Shown: piece by piece, positions 1 through 12,989 of the stretch
Layout of the letters: each line of letters begins with the position of its first letter
Numbering within the stretch: position 1 is the first letter of the stretch
Source of the DNA: Octopus sinensis
Taxonomy: Eukaryota
Length of the DNA: 43,706 nt
Assembly (NCBI RefSeq): GCF_006345805.1
Contig: NW_021835030.1
Location: 1 to 43,706, forward strand
Direction of reading: 5' to 3'
Made by a program: the position numbers and the translations under genes
The notes under the pieces: generated by a model
Told to the model about the DNA's origin: nothing
Seen by the model: the letters and a program-made list of their open reading frames with translations, nothing else
The model's database searches: none

Positions 1-394
1 GAAAGATAGACAGAAAGAGAGGAATAGTGAGAAAAAGAGGGACAGAGAGACCGATAGATGAACGAGAGAGGGAGAGAGTGCTAGAAGGAGTAACGTAAAC
101 GATCATGCATTCACATGTTAATAACGGATCCTCTGGCACAATAACAGCATAAAATCTAAAATTAGATACGGGAACAAATCAATGTAAATGAACAGAACAA
201 TCGACATATCATGGCGAGAGCATCTACACTTGAAATATACAAGAGAAATCAAAAGCATCCTGTCTGTATAATAGAAGAATTTGTGCTCGGCGGAAAAACA
301 TACAAATGAAATTATAGTTATACATTAATCATAACAGATATTAAAATAGCATTAATCAAATAATTGCGATATAATAATTATAGCAATAAAGACG

Positions 395-444
395 ATAATG
401 ATGATGATGATAATAATATAATAATAATGATAATAATAATAATA

Positions 445-487
<43 letters not shown>

Positions 488-520
488 AAAAATAATAATA
501 ATGATGATAATGATAATAAA

Positions 521-599
<79 letters not shown>

Positions 600-640
600 T
601 AATAATAAAATATAATAATAATACTAATAATAATAATAAT
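395..640. repeat. (AAT)n/(GAT)n microsatellite
   Basis: Continuous ATA/AAT triplets; produces the poly-Ile/Leu ORFs in the track. Confidence 0.95.
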
Positions 641-973
641 ATCGACGACGACAACGTCATGCAAATAACAATATCCGACCCCCCCATCCGTTAGAAGCGA
701 GTGAAAAACTTAAGGCAGATGATATAGTTCGAATGGCAAATGTATATACAAAATATATAATAAACGAGATGGCAAATTAATGAATGGTATAGTTAAATTA
801 TACAAGTTAAATCATCAACGTTTTGCCATTAACTTTGCACCTGCTACAGAGAACGGAAAACGTCAAATTACGTGGCAAAACGAAATGAAGTTTAATACAT
901 TACATACTAAAATAACACACACACACACACACACACAACACACATAATATTATATATATATATACTTAGATAC

Positions 974-1008
<35 letters not shown>

Positions 1009-1509
1009 GATATATATGTTTATATATATATATTATATATATTATAATATATATATATAGATAGATATATATACATATATACTTACATACATACATACAC
1101 ACACACACCCTCCTTGGTTTCTCTTATCCTTCTCTAATACTTTTCATACCCTTCACCGTTTCTATTTGTCTCTCTCTCTCCCTCTTCCTCCTTCACTTTA
1201 TCTCTCCCTCGTTGCTCACACGTGACTATCGCCCATCTTTCTTTTCTTTCAGTCTGTCGCACAGACCAGACACATTCTTATCTGTCTTTTCGTCTATGTT
1301 TTCTCTTGTCAAAGAATAATTCTCCACCGTTTGCTACCTTAACTCGTCTGGCTTAACGGCCCTCCATGTTCCTTTTTGTTTGGTCTGTTGTATGTCTCCA
1401 CTGTCCTGTTTTTGTTACCAAATATGACCCTAAGCAAATTCCAAATTTTATTTTAGTTCGCGGGTGCAACTGTTTTTCGAAGCCTCATATTGTCGTTAAT
1501 TGCATGAAA

Positions 1510-1662
1510 TGTGGAGTGGATGAACAGCCAACAACTGATGAAGGGTCGTTCTCTATGTTACTTGTTTTGTTTTCCATATGTTTCTCTCGCTTTTCGCATA
1601 ACCAAGTTCGCCTTCGTATTTCATGTTGTTTACGTTTTGTGACGTCCTGTACCCTGTATACA
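1510..1662 (+). mobile_element. Short dispersed repeat, same family as 29110-29330 (opposite orientation), possibly PLE terminal-repeat derived
   Basis: Shares ACAACTGATGAAG and CGTTT(T/C)GTGACGTCCTGT(A/G)CCC with the reverse complement of 29115-29250; both copies abut (TA)n. Confidence 0.65.
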
Positions 1663-1665
1663 GGC

Positions 1666-1700
<35 letters not shown>

Positions 1701-1947
1701 ATATATATATACAGATATAGATTTAACTATAGAATGTATATACTTAGATATATATATATATGTATGCATATATGCATGTACAGATGCATATATTTTTCTT
1801 TTATATTATTATATGGTTGAACGCCGCGCTATATTTCCAAGTTTACCTTAAATATATATATATATATTATTGTTGTTGTTGTTGTTGTTGCTATTATTTT
1901 ATTATTATTATTATTATATTATTATTATTATTATTATTATTAGTAGT

Positions 1948-1979
<32 letters not shown>

Positions 1980-2309
1980 TAATTATTATTAGAGAAAAAA
2001 TATTAATGAGTGTCTTCGAAATTTCGACTACTAAAATTGTTTTTCTTATAACTGAACGTAAAAAGAATCATTAATATATGTGTGTGGGGGGTGTATGTGT
2101 GTATATATATATATATATACATACATATATATGTACACATATACATATACACACATATATATATATATATATACACTTGTGTGTATTTACATATACATAT
2201 ATATATACCTTAAGAGATCATTTCTCCATACATAGATACATACATACATACATACAAGCACGCATAGACGCACACATACACACGTATATATATTTTAATC
2301 TATTTCTTT

Positions 2310-3900
2310 TTTATTTTTGTCAGCCATGCGGCTGCAGTTATACTGGAGCACTAACTTGGTGATTTTCTACTTTTGCACCCCTTGGTCATGTGGGTGATTC
2401 AATCAGTAAAGTTGATTTCATATCACCACTCCTTGTCTGTGATTTTGGCCGTGATTTTAAGCTCATTTGGTGTATGAGGGTGTATTTCTCTGCTTCCCTT
2501 ATCGCTACTTCATCCCGGCTCTTTGGTTCATCTTGTATAGTATTATATCCAGTTTCTGTTTGAAGACATCCACGTCCATATTTTGTAGGTTTTATCCTTG
2601 TTTTGGCAAGGCATTGAATAGCTGTGGGCCTTTGGACTCTAAGCTTTTAAAGTACCCGATCCTGAATTTATACGGTGTGGTCGGTACCTGGGACCCAGTT
2701 CGGGCATTTGTATAACAATCGATCCCGAAATTACGCACTTGCGCTTCTAAAAATTTTCCATATTTTTATTATTTGTCTTTTCCTTGCTTCAGAGAGTAAA
2801 ATCGTAGCTTTTATCAACCTCTCTCTGTAATTCACCTACTGTACTGTTGTAACCTTTTAGTGTAGTCACGCTGAATCCGCTTCAAGACCCGCTGTTACTT
2901 TGGCGCTATGTGGTGACTAGAGTTAAGAGCAGTAGTTCAGGCAGCAAAGAACAAATGTCCTTCACAGGTTCATTCAGGTCGCGCTGTAATCTTGAGACAT
3001 TGGCGGTGTTCTTTATTGTATCATCCACGTAGCTAGTGTCAGTGGCTGTCTGAATGACTATGGATATTTCTAAGAGTGCTACTATAAACACTAATGGCAT
3101 CAAAACACTATAAACACTAATGGCATCAGAATTTGTGTTTCATCAAAGAGAGCACCATTGGTTGAAACGGCCTGGCTTTTATCTTTTAGGAAGTCATGCA
3201 GACACTCGGTTTGCCAGTTATTTCCAGATTTTGCAGATTGCAATGGATCATATCGTGACACAATTTAACAAAGACCTTTCCGAAGTCAAAGTATATGACA
3301 TTGACATATGTATGGTCAACAGCGGCTTCAAAACACTGACAGTGTTGTAAGAGCTGTGTGAGGGAATTTCTTATTGAACGGAAGCCATATTATCCATCGT
3401 TAGTATCGATGAGTCGTTTTCTTCTAGGAACATTATCAGTTTCTTTCTGTAATTCATTCCCTGGTTTTGCAGATATGTGAAGTTAGAGATGTTGGCCCGG
3501 AGTTTTAAGATTTTACTCTGCTTCAACCATTGTGGATAAAGAATATAATGTTTTGTTTTAGCGTTTTAAAGAGTTTACCACATACAAGGGAACTCTGGAA
3601 ATATATCTGAAGTGTTTTAGCTAAAGTCTACTTATTTTACTTCAGAGGAGTAACTGGGAAGCCACCGGGTTCAATAGCTGGACTTAAGCTCATTTCGTAT
3701 ATGGTCGTACGTACATTTGCCTCGTCGATGTCGATGTAACCGACAGTGGCTTTCTACATCGGCAGAGCTGTAATATTAAATAATTCATCCGTTTTTTTAA
3801 CTACATGTGTTCAAGTGGGAAGTGAAGACACTTTTAAATTGTTCACAGAGCGCTTCACTTATCTGTGGGGGTCTACGGTTAGTGAGCAATTCCCTTGTAA
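2310..3900 (-). mobile_element. Degenerate 5'-truncated CR1/L2(Jockey-group)-type LINE: RT domain, C-terminus and 3' UTR
   Basis: Minus-strand translation across frameshifts gives ISEALCEQFKSVFT, PTSLTSHICK, YGFRS..SLTQLLQH, VNVIYFDFGKVF, CLHDFLKDKSQAV, SYVDDT (YADD motif), LQRDL and GPQLFNALPK, in the canonical order for this LINE group. Multiple stops and frameshifts. Confidence 0.9.
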
Positions 3901-3962
3901 CAACGATCACATTTTGTATGTTATTGTATATCTATCTATATATAAGTATGTATAAGATATAT

Positions 3963-3998
<36 letters not shown>

Positions 3999-4733
3999 AT
4001 ATGTGTGTACGTACACACACACACGCACAACACACACACCACACACACACACCACACACACACACATATATATATTATATATATAATATTATATATACAT
4101 ACATATATAGCATACGCACATATATTATAATATACTGTATTATATCATATAGGAAGTAAAGACATTATCGAAGTGTATTACATCTGAGCAGCCGGAAGCG
4201 AACAAATAGAATTTTCGTGCTATGCACATACAAACGCCAGTACAAATAAGCATTACACGAGTTGTTGCAAAAAAAAAAAAATAACAATTCCTCCTGCAGT
4301 TGCTTAAAACCTTTAAAGTGCATAAATGTGTAAGACACAAATTGAAATTAAAAAAAAAAAAAAATAGAAGCGAACGCGCAATATATCACTTCGTTAAAAA
4401 ATGAATGTTTTTACAAAGTGCTCGATATAACAGAGATATTTGACATGTGTGCATATATACGCATACATATATGTTAATTTATGTGTATGTGCGCGTGTAT
4501 ATATATATGTATATATATACATATATATATATATATACATATATATATATGTATATACACTCAAAATAAGCAACAAGAATGACATATATATGTATGTATA
4601 TATATAAATATCATATCTTTATATAAATAAATGACTATGTGTGCGTGGTTGTGTACGTTTAGTGTGTAAGTCTTTTTACATATTTACAACATATTCATAA
4701 CCACAGAAGCACATGCACACGTACGCAAACCAA

Positions 4734-4779
<46 letters not shown>

Positions 4780-5616
4780 ATGTGTGTATACGTGTGTGTG
4801 TATGTCAGTTTTTGTGTGCGCGTGCACACACATTCGTCAATATTTTTTTTCTCAGAAAGCAAATTTCAATTCGACACACCGTGAGCTGATAACTTAGACC
4901 CAAACAACAAATTTCTGAAAGCATTTCATTCATTCCATTTCGCTGACGATTGTGCACACACACACGAAACTGAAGATGCATTCGAAAAAAAAAAAGGGAA
5001 ATTTGTATATCAAACTTTTATGTATATATATCTTTGCGAGAGTATTATATGTATATATATCGAATGTTTACGGATTTCTTCAGAAATAATACATACGATT
5101 TAACCTTGATAGCTTGTAGAGTCATCTGATCACTATATATTACGCTCTATGAATCTTTTGCTGTGGAAGTTTGGGCATTCCACATTGCTATTAAATAATG
5201 AATATATATATATCATTTGAATCATTTTTCACTACTCAAACATATATAGATTAACAGCCATACTCATATATATTCATACTTACTTCCCCATATAAATACT
5301 AATACATTTATTTGGGCATATTATATATATGTGTGTATGTGTTTGAATGTGTGGTGTATGTGTGTATATATATATGTATATATGTATAGGTATATATATA
5401 TATGCATATGTAAATGTATGTACATATATATTTTACACACACATATATATATATATATTTATGTATATATCTGTGTTAATTTACGTGTGTATGTGCGTGT
5501 GTGCATGTGTGTGTGTGTGTGGTGTGTGTGTGTATATATATATATGTATATATTTATGTGTATATATATATATGCATATGTAAATGTTTGTACATATATA
5601 TTACACATACATATAC

Positions 5617-5648
<32 letters not shown>

Positions 5649-6178
5649 TTATGTATCTTCTGTGTGTGTGTATGTATGTGTGTGCATGTGTGTATGTGAG
5701 TTTGTTTGCGTGACTCAGCGCTTGCGTGCATGTGTAGATGTTTACACATTTGCGAAAACCAACATGTTCCGATCTCCATGTGCTTGTGTGTCTATATGCA
5801 CTATATATATATACCCATATACGTGTGTGTGTATGTGAGAGTGTGTGTGCGTGTGTGTGTGTGTGTATATGTGTTTGTGTGTGGTGTTTTCAGGGCATGA
5901 ATGTAACTGATACAAAGTATTTTATTTCCAAAGAAGTTCAGGATTAACAGGGTTTATGGAATTTACTTGGAAAATATTTCATATAAATCAGGAAAAAAAA
6001 ATGGAAGATTCGTTGCGTTTTTAGGAAGATTAATTGATTTTTCAGGCAACCCGCTGCTCTTTAGGCTGGAGATATGGAATAAATGCAAGAAGTAGCAGAG
6101 CATTCTTGAAATTTGCTGCCGACGTAATGTGGCGCCACCATATATGTACGTCTCATATTCTAGCGTTGAATATGAGAA

Positions 6179-6560
<382 letters not shown>

Positions 6561-7399
6561 TAAATGTATATACATATTTATATGTATACATATACAGCTA
6601 TATAAACATAAGAATACGTGTGTATAAACGTGTGCGTCCCGAACTTTTCTCGCCCTCTCAGTCTTTCTGCGTCCTAGGCCTTTCTGTGTGTCCCGCTGCT
6701 GACCACGTATTTATAACAGCCGTGGCAGCTAGACGGACAGATATACTGCAGGAGAGAGCGTTTCTAAATAGATCAGCTCCTGTCCATTTGAACTTCGCCT
6801 GACATGGCTGAGGTCGTCGGTCAAAGGGAAATAATAATTTTTTTTTTTTTTTTTGACAGGACGAAGAACATTTCTTTCGCGCCTGTTGATGGTAGTGGTT
6901 CAGAAGAGCGAGAATCCTTAGATTCGGTTTCGAATCCAAGCTTGTACGAAAGAAGTATTAGTTTTTATACATAGATTTTACAAAAGAGTGCATTTTCCTT
7001 ATCGATTGCACGTTTAATCGATGTTGTCGAAATGAGACTAAGTGTGTTTTCTACAAATTATTTAACCTTGATCTATGGACAAGTTTACAAAGCAAGAAAG
7101 AACCTTCGACCAATACTTAAAAAATAAATGTAGCGTGACGGAAGGTACAAGATAAAATTCTTAGAATTGCAATCTTTAACTTATGAAATAAAGTTTGTAT
7201 CAAGGTACCGATGCATCAACTATTTGAACATACAACACTGTGTCCTTCATCATCACACATGACTACACCGACACCATCAAAAGATTACGTGTACAACCCA
7301 CAATTTCACACCAACCTTGATCATAAGCCATCATTTCGTGATTACTATCAATCGATTTCGTCAGGGAGGCCTTGATCACAGCATATCTATAATGTTTCT

Positions 7400-8100
7400 C
7401 GAAGCTGTTAAACTCGAAGTCAAGATGAAGAACAACAAAAGGGAGATTAGCGATAAGACTACGTTTATTTCAGTTCTTTCAACTCGTAAGCTTTATAATT
7501 CTATTCAATTGCAACAATTGAGAGTTGTTAGAATAATTCTAAGAACGACAGCTTCAAAGCACCATAGGTCACGAAACCGAAACATCAGAATTTGTAGATG
7601 TTAGCTTAAAAATATCCGTGTCTTTCTACTTTCAAATTCTTTGACTATTTAAAACACTGGTGGATTTGTATCCTCGTACACCAATATTCCAGTTGATGGA
7701 AGATATAACACTATCATGTAAATGCATTTATGGGGACACATCAGACGTCTTTTATAGAATTACTTTCAAAATCTGTGAGAGCATTTCTTAAAAGTTAAGT
7801 ATTCTTCATTCTCTGGATTTCGTCATCTAGTATAAACCAAGGATATGCTCATAGTAAAAAACATGGCACCTAGTTAAGTTACGGAGGAGGTAGATAGAAA
7901 GCTGACTGTCACACCGGTCCCCCGAATATAATAGATTAAAGAGAGTCTATATCCGAATAGACTTTTAAGCAAATTTTTCGAGATCATGTTCATCCTTTCT
8001 TATTGTTTCTCTAAGACTACATTATCGTCCCTGACGCTTTTTGTAAACATTAAAAGGGTGTCATTCGAGGGAGATTCGACTATTTTTTCTAATTGGTCGA
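7400..8100 (+). mobile_element. Heavily decayed Penelope-like element reverse transcriptase relic
   Basis: Frameshifted motifs in the correct order: SEFVDVSLK (~7585), FVSSYTNIPVD (7665-7697; PLE 'DVxSLYTNIP') and MAPS* (7863-7874; PLE 'AMG..MAPSYA'). Confidence 0.55.
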
Positions 8101-9060
8101 ATTACTGTATACAGAATACTGCGTTGGCACTTTTTCAATCATATATTTTATTATTTAATAGCATTTTTCTTATCAATCTTTCAGGTTCCACTTCTGTTAA
8201 TTGTCATATAATGTCAGGTTGCTTCATAAGCGTTTAGCTCCTCCTCCTACACTATCTCTACTCAAGATCTATGATCAAAAGAGTTCAATCTATGAATATA
8301 CAATATTTTCGATTTATCTACAATATCTATATTATATTATTTTTTTTTTATTTTTGTCTATCAAATCAGTTGTAATCTCAGGAAGATTCGGTTGTTACAT
8401 CTAGCAAACAGAGCGACCACGTTGAGAATTCCTTGCTGTCTTGTTAGAAAATATTGTTACTTATTATTTCCACAACGTTATCACGAAGTTTACAACTTGC
8501 ATGTTTACAGGAGAATCTACTGATAACATTGATTGTATTCAGTTTATTAACGGTCTGACAGTCTGTACTTTGTTATTGATATGGAAACTTTTAATTTTCG
8601 TGTTTTCGTAATATATCTATCTTCAGTGCTAGTTTTATGATCGAGAGTAATATATATTCTGTTCTGTTTAATGAGATTTTTGATAATATATTTATCTGTT
8701 TCATAGACAGTTTTCATATAATACGATTTATGCGTGGCTTGCTTCATTTTTTATGGCTGATGTGTCTGTTGTGTTGTCTATTATCTTAAATTAGTATCTG
8801 TTTAGTTTTTGTTGGCTTTGCCCCATAGTAACCCGGACTGATTAGACCTATAATCAAAGTAAATCTAGCCGTGACCACCTCGTCTTTGCTGCGGGCATTA
8901 ACCAGTAACTTATTTGCTTTGGTTCATGGGGGATAGTAGAATAGGATTTAAATCAGTTTCGTGTGATATTTCTACTCCATTCAATAAAAAAAAGAAAAGA
9001 ATTAAATTATGCTTATTAGTGCTTGGGGAAACAGTATGGTCACAGCTGGACTGCACTGAC

Positions 9061-9104
9061 CTAGAAGCTTTTTCTAGCTGTTTCAGTTTCGGGTTGGTCA
9101 ATTG
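9061..9104 (-). CDS. Candidate small internal exon (QLTNPKLKQLEKAS-R)
   Basis: ctattttaag| acceptor and TAG|gtcagt donor; 44 nt, open in phase 0->2, compatible with the 10778-10799 candidate. No homology recognised. Confidence 0.2.
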
Positions 9105-9174
9105 CTTAAAATAGAATTTCCAACAGAAGGTATTTGTTTTTATCAGAGGGATATTGTTGTTGTTGTTGTTGTTG

Positions 9175-9725
9175 TTAGCACACGGGGTTAAAAGCTTAGC
9201 GGTATTTCGCCCGTCTACGCGTTCCGTTCTGTGTTCAGATTCCACCGAGATCAACTTTGTTTTCCATGATTAAGGACCATTTACTACTGGGGTCGTTATA
9301 ATCGACTTAATCCGTTTGTCTGTCCTTGTTTGTCCTCTCTGTGTTTGGCCCCTTGTGGGTAGTAAAGAATAGGTATTTCGTCTGTCCCTATTTCCTGAGA
9401 TCAAATTCCGCCGAGGTCGACTTTGCATTTCATCCTTTCAGCGTGACAAATCAATTACCTGTTGCGCATTGAGGTCGATGTAATCGACTTAATCCCTTTG
9501 TCTATCGTTGTTTGTCCCCTCTCTGGTTAGCCCCTTGTGGGCAATAAAGAATTAAGAAACGTTAGCAAGCCGGGTTTTTCGTCTGTTACTATGTTCTCAG
9601 TTCAAATTCCGCCGAGGTCGTTTTTGCCTTAGTGGTTGATGAAATATGTACCAGTTACGCACTTGGGTCGGTGTAATCGATTAGTTACCTCCCTCAAATG
9701 TCGGGCCTTGTAACCCATAGTATAA
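9175..9725 (+). mobile_element. Tandem array of three SINE family 1 units
   Basis: Three repeats of the GTTCAAATTCCGCCGAGGTCGACTTTG core; two carry the TTTGTCTGTCCTTGTTTGTCC..GCCCCTTGTGGG tail. Confidence 0.9.
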
Positions 9726-9739
9726 AGGATTATTATTAC

Positions 9740-10735
9740 TATTGTGGTTGTTGTTGTTGTGGTGGTGGTGATGGTGATGGTGGTGGTGGTGGTGGTGGTG
9801 ATGGTAGTGGTATAACTCTAGGTAAATGGTGGTTGAGCAAACATTTCATCGAAGATATTCCTTTCATGACCATCACGCCATTCACGGGTCCCTTTGTCTA
9901 AAATATCTTATGTAACATTTTTTTCGTACATCACACAATAAGAATTCTTTTCAGACACATATGGTTATTATTTCTAGCCATCTAATAACCACGTAGAGGT
10001 TCCCTCGTTGACATGGTTCTGACTATGGATTTTGTGGTTGTTGGAGGTAGTGGTGTTACCGTTTAGGAGTATAGATCTCATTGTGAGTGGTAGAAGTGTT
10101 GGTGATGTTGGGGGTGGTGACGATAATGGTTGCGGTGTTAGTAGTAATGGTTGCTGTGGTGGCAATAGTTGTAGCGATGGATGTAATGCTGAAGGCAGGG
10201 TGGTGGCTATGGTTATGGTGGTCGTTATGATGGTTGAGATCTAGGAGTGGTTGTGGAGATGGTGGTTGTTACGGTGGTTGTAGTAATGATTCCCGCAGTG
10301 GTATTGGAAGTAGTGGATGTAGTAGCGGTGATAGACGTGGCAGTGGTGATATTTATCATGGCAGCGGTTGTGGTGGAGGTTGGTTTGGTGGTGGTGGTGG
10401 TGGTTGTGGTAAGGGTGGTAGTGGTGCTGGTGTTGGAGGTGTTTCAAATGGTGAAGATAACGGTGATGGCAATGATTGTTGTGCTCATAGTATCTACAAC
10501 GGTGGTTGTGGTGGTGTTGGTGGTGGTGTTGGTGGTGGTGGCGGTGGTGGTGGTTATGGTGGTCGAGATTGGTTTAGTGGTGGTAGTGGTGGTGGTGGTG
10601 CAGGTGTTTGTTTTGGTGGTGGTGATGGTGATGGAGGTGTTGCAGATGGTGAAGATAACGGTGATGGCAATGGTTGTTGTGCTCATAGTATCTACAACGG
10701 TGGTTGTGTTGGTAGTAGTTTTGGTAGTACTAGAG
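9740..10735. repeat. (GGT)n-rich low-complexity tract with internal ~198-bp duplication
   Basis: ATGGTGAAGATAACGGTGATGGCAAT(G/A)..GCTCATAGTATCTACAACGGTGGTTGTG occurs at ~10448 and ~10646. Confidence 0.85.
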
Positions 10736-10777
10736 AAAATACCACAGGAAACAACGTTAGTTTATTGTATGACTTAC

Positions 10778-10799
10778 AGAGGAAAATCCAAAATCAGCT
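10778..10799 (-). CDS. Candidate 22-nt microexon (x-ADFGFSS)
   Basis: Strong acceptor ttttatttgcaaaattcttttcag| and donor TCT|gtaagt; phase 2->0 reading A GCT GAT TTT GGA TTT TCC TCT. Confidence 0.35.
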
Positions 10800-10958
10800 C
10801 TGAAAAGAATTTTGCAAATAAAACGTATAAAACACGTGACATTACGGCCCTTTACTCTGACAATCGTTTCTCATATACAGAATATTTCAAATAACTGGGT
10901 TTGTCATATACACTGTTTATATAAGTCGGACTGTTGTCATCATCTTGATTGTTATTTT

Positions 10959-11000
10959 CACTACGTTTCAGCTGTTATACTCTCCAGCCATCTTCAGGTG
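10959..11000 (-). ncRNA. Minimal type-I hammerhead ribozyme motif (PLE-type)
   Basis: Minus strand: CAC-CUGAAGA-U-GGCUG(GAGAGUAUAA)CAGCU-GAAA-CGUA-GUG. Intact core, 5-bp stem II, palindromic ACGU in place of stem III, 3-bp stem I. Confidence 0.75.
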
Positions 11001-11699
11001 TTTTCGTATTGAACTTCGTTGTTGTATTGGATTTTCGACCCTAACCATTATGAGAACAGTGCACTGGGGTACATGGTTCTCATTCTGCTCCCTGCATTTT
11101 GTGACATATTTACTTCAGCTGAATTATGTTAATTACCTTGGTACTTTGTCTAGGGTTTGATACAGGACATCAATGCGACCGCACTGCGTTGACCAATGTG
11201 TTTATCTACAACACTATGTCCGTAGAACTGTAATAGATTTCTTATATAACGCTTTGGCTTTTACAGCTTCAGTTGCTGTTGTTGATGCTGATGATTTCGT
11301 TGCTCACAATATTGATATAACCATGGGTCTGTTTTTTGGTCGAACAGACCTATCATAGAAGGCAATGGAACTACGAGACTTCTGCATTATTCTTTCTAAG
11401 ACCGATGTAGCCGTTATTAAATTATCCGATGCGTGCGGCTTTTAATGTGGTAAAGGTGTGATTTGAGGGGGATTTAAGTGTTATTTCAAGCATATCGTGC
11501 GACTAAATTTATGTTCAGCCGATGGGATTCCCATTTGTCATATTATAATAAAATACATACACACATACAATATATAATACATATATACATACATTCATAC
11601 ATACACACATATATATATATATATGTATATATAATTATATATATATAAAAATATATAGTTTATATATATATATATATAAATATATATATATATTATATA

Positions 11700-11754
<55 letters not shown>

Positions 11755-11773
11755 TATACATATATTACATATA

Positions 11774-11821
<48 letters not shown>

Positions 11822-12595
11822 ATTATACATTTATGTGTGCGTGTGCATGTATGTAGGTATGCATATCTGTATATGTGTGTATATTATTTTTATCTCTCTC
11901 TCTCTCTCTATATTATATATGCTTATATAAATGCATATATATATGTATCTCCATGCCTACATGCAGTTATATATGTATGTATATATGTATGTATATATAT
12001 GAAAACACACATGTACACGTATACAGAACTATGTGAAAACGTATGCGCATATATGCAAACTGGCGTACACCCACGACCACACGCGCACACACACACACAC
12101 ATACACACGCACACATACACACACACATTTATATCTATGGCTGTGCGCGGGTGCACGTATGTGTGTGTATGAGTGTATATGAATATGCATGTGTACACAT
12201 ATATACATTCGTAAATATATATATTAATGATGAGATAAAATAAAACGCAAATCTCAACCCAATAAAAGCTAAAACTAGTTAGAAATTAATATCAGACATA
12301 ACGTCCATTACCTGATTACCAAGAGAATCCTAACGTCAATAGCTACAAGTAATTACAGTTCTGTGATAAATTTGGTTAACAGATACCTTTGAAAAATATA
12401 TTATCTATATATCATTCTAGTTGTCAGTCGATGAATCTTTCAGGATGTGCATATATACCGATATGTGTGTCTATGAATATCTATGTCTATATATGTGTAT
12501 GCATGCATTTGTATTTTTCCTCTATGCGACTGTGAATATGCAGATGAATATATATGTATATATCAGCGCCTGTATTTGTGTGAGTGCGTGTGTGC

Positions 12596-12654
<59 letters not shown>

Positions 12655-12989
12655 TATGCATGCATAATATACATAGTATGTTCTTATTGATGCATATAAA
12701 GCACGCATATAAATGTATATGCACGCTTATATGTACGCTCACAAACATACTTGCCTATATATATATATATACATATATACATTTAATATATACGTATATA
12801 GGTGTATGTGTATTTACATAATTATATATATATATACATGGATAAATCTCGAAATTTCTATTCACCATATTGCTCAGTATTGCTAGTATCGTTTTCCTTA
12901 CATGCATAAATTTTATGTTGTATTGCTTCTGTGTTGTATTGTTTAGCTATATCGGGTTTGGTCCATATAATAATTTCATTGGAATATGA

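Noticed and set aside
1533-1565. CUGAUGA-A-GGG..CUC hammerhead-like start (also on the minus strand at ~29240)
   Set aside because: Neither copy has the downstream GAAA or a cleavage triplet, so no HHR can be folded.
8547-8747. Minus-strand ORF with a vague resemblance to the PLE pre-RT region
   Set aside because: No diagnostic motif; similarity too weak to call.
10234-10803. 189-aa Gly/Cys-rich ORF resembling a structural protein
   Set aside because: Built from GGT microsatellite drift with non-ATG start; similar tracts recur in clearly non-coding parts of the window.
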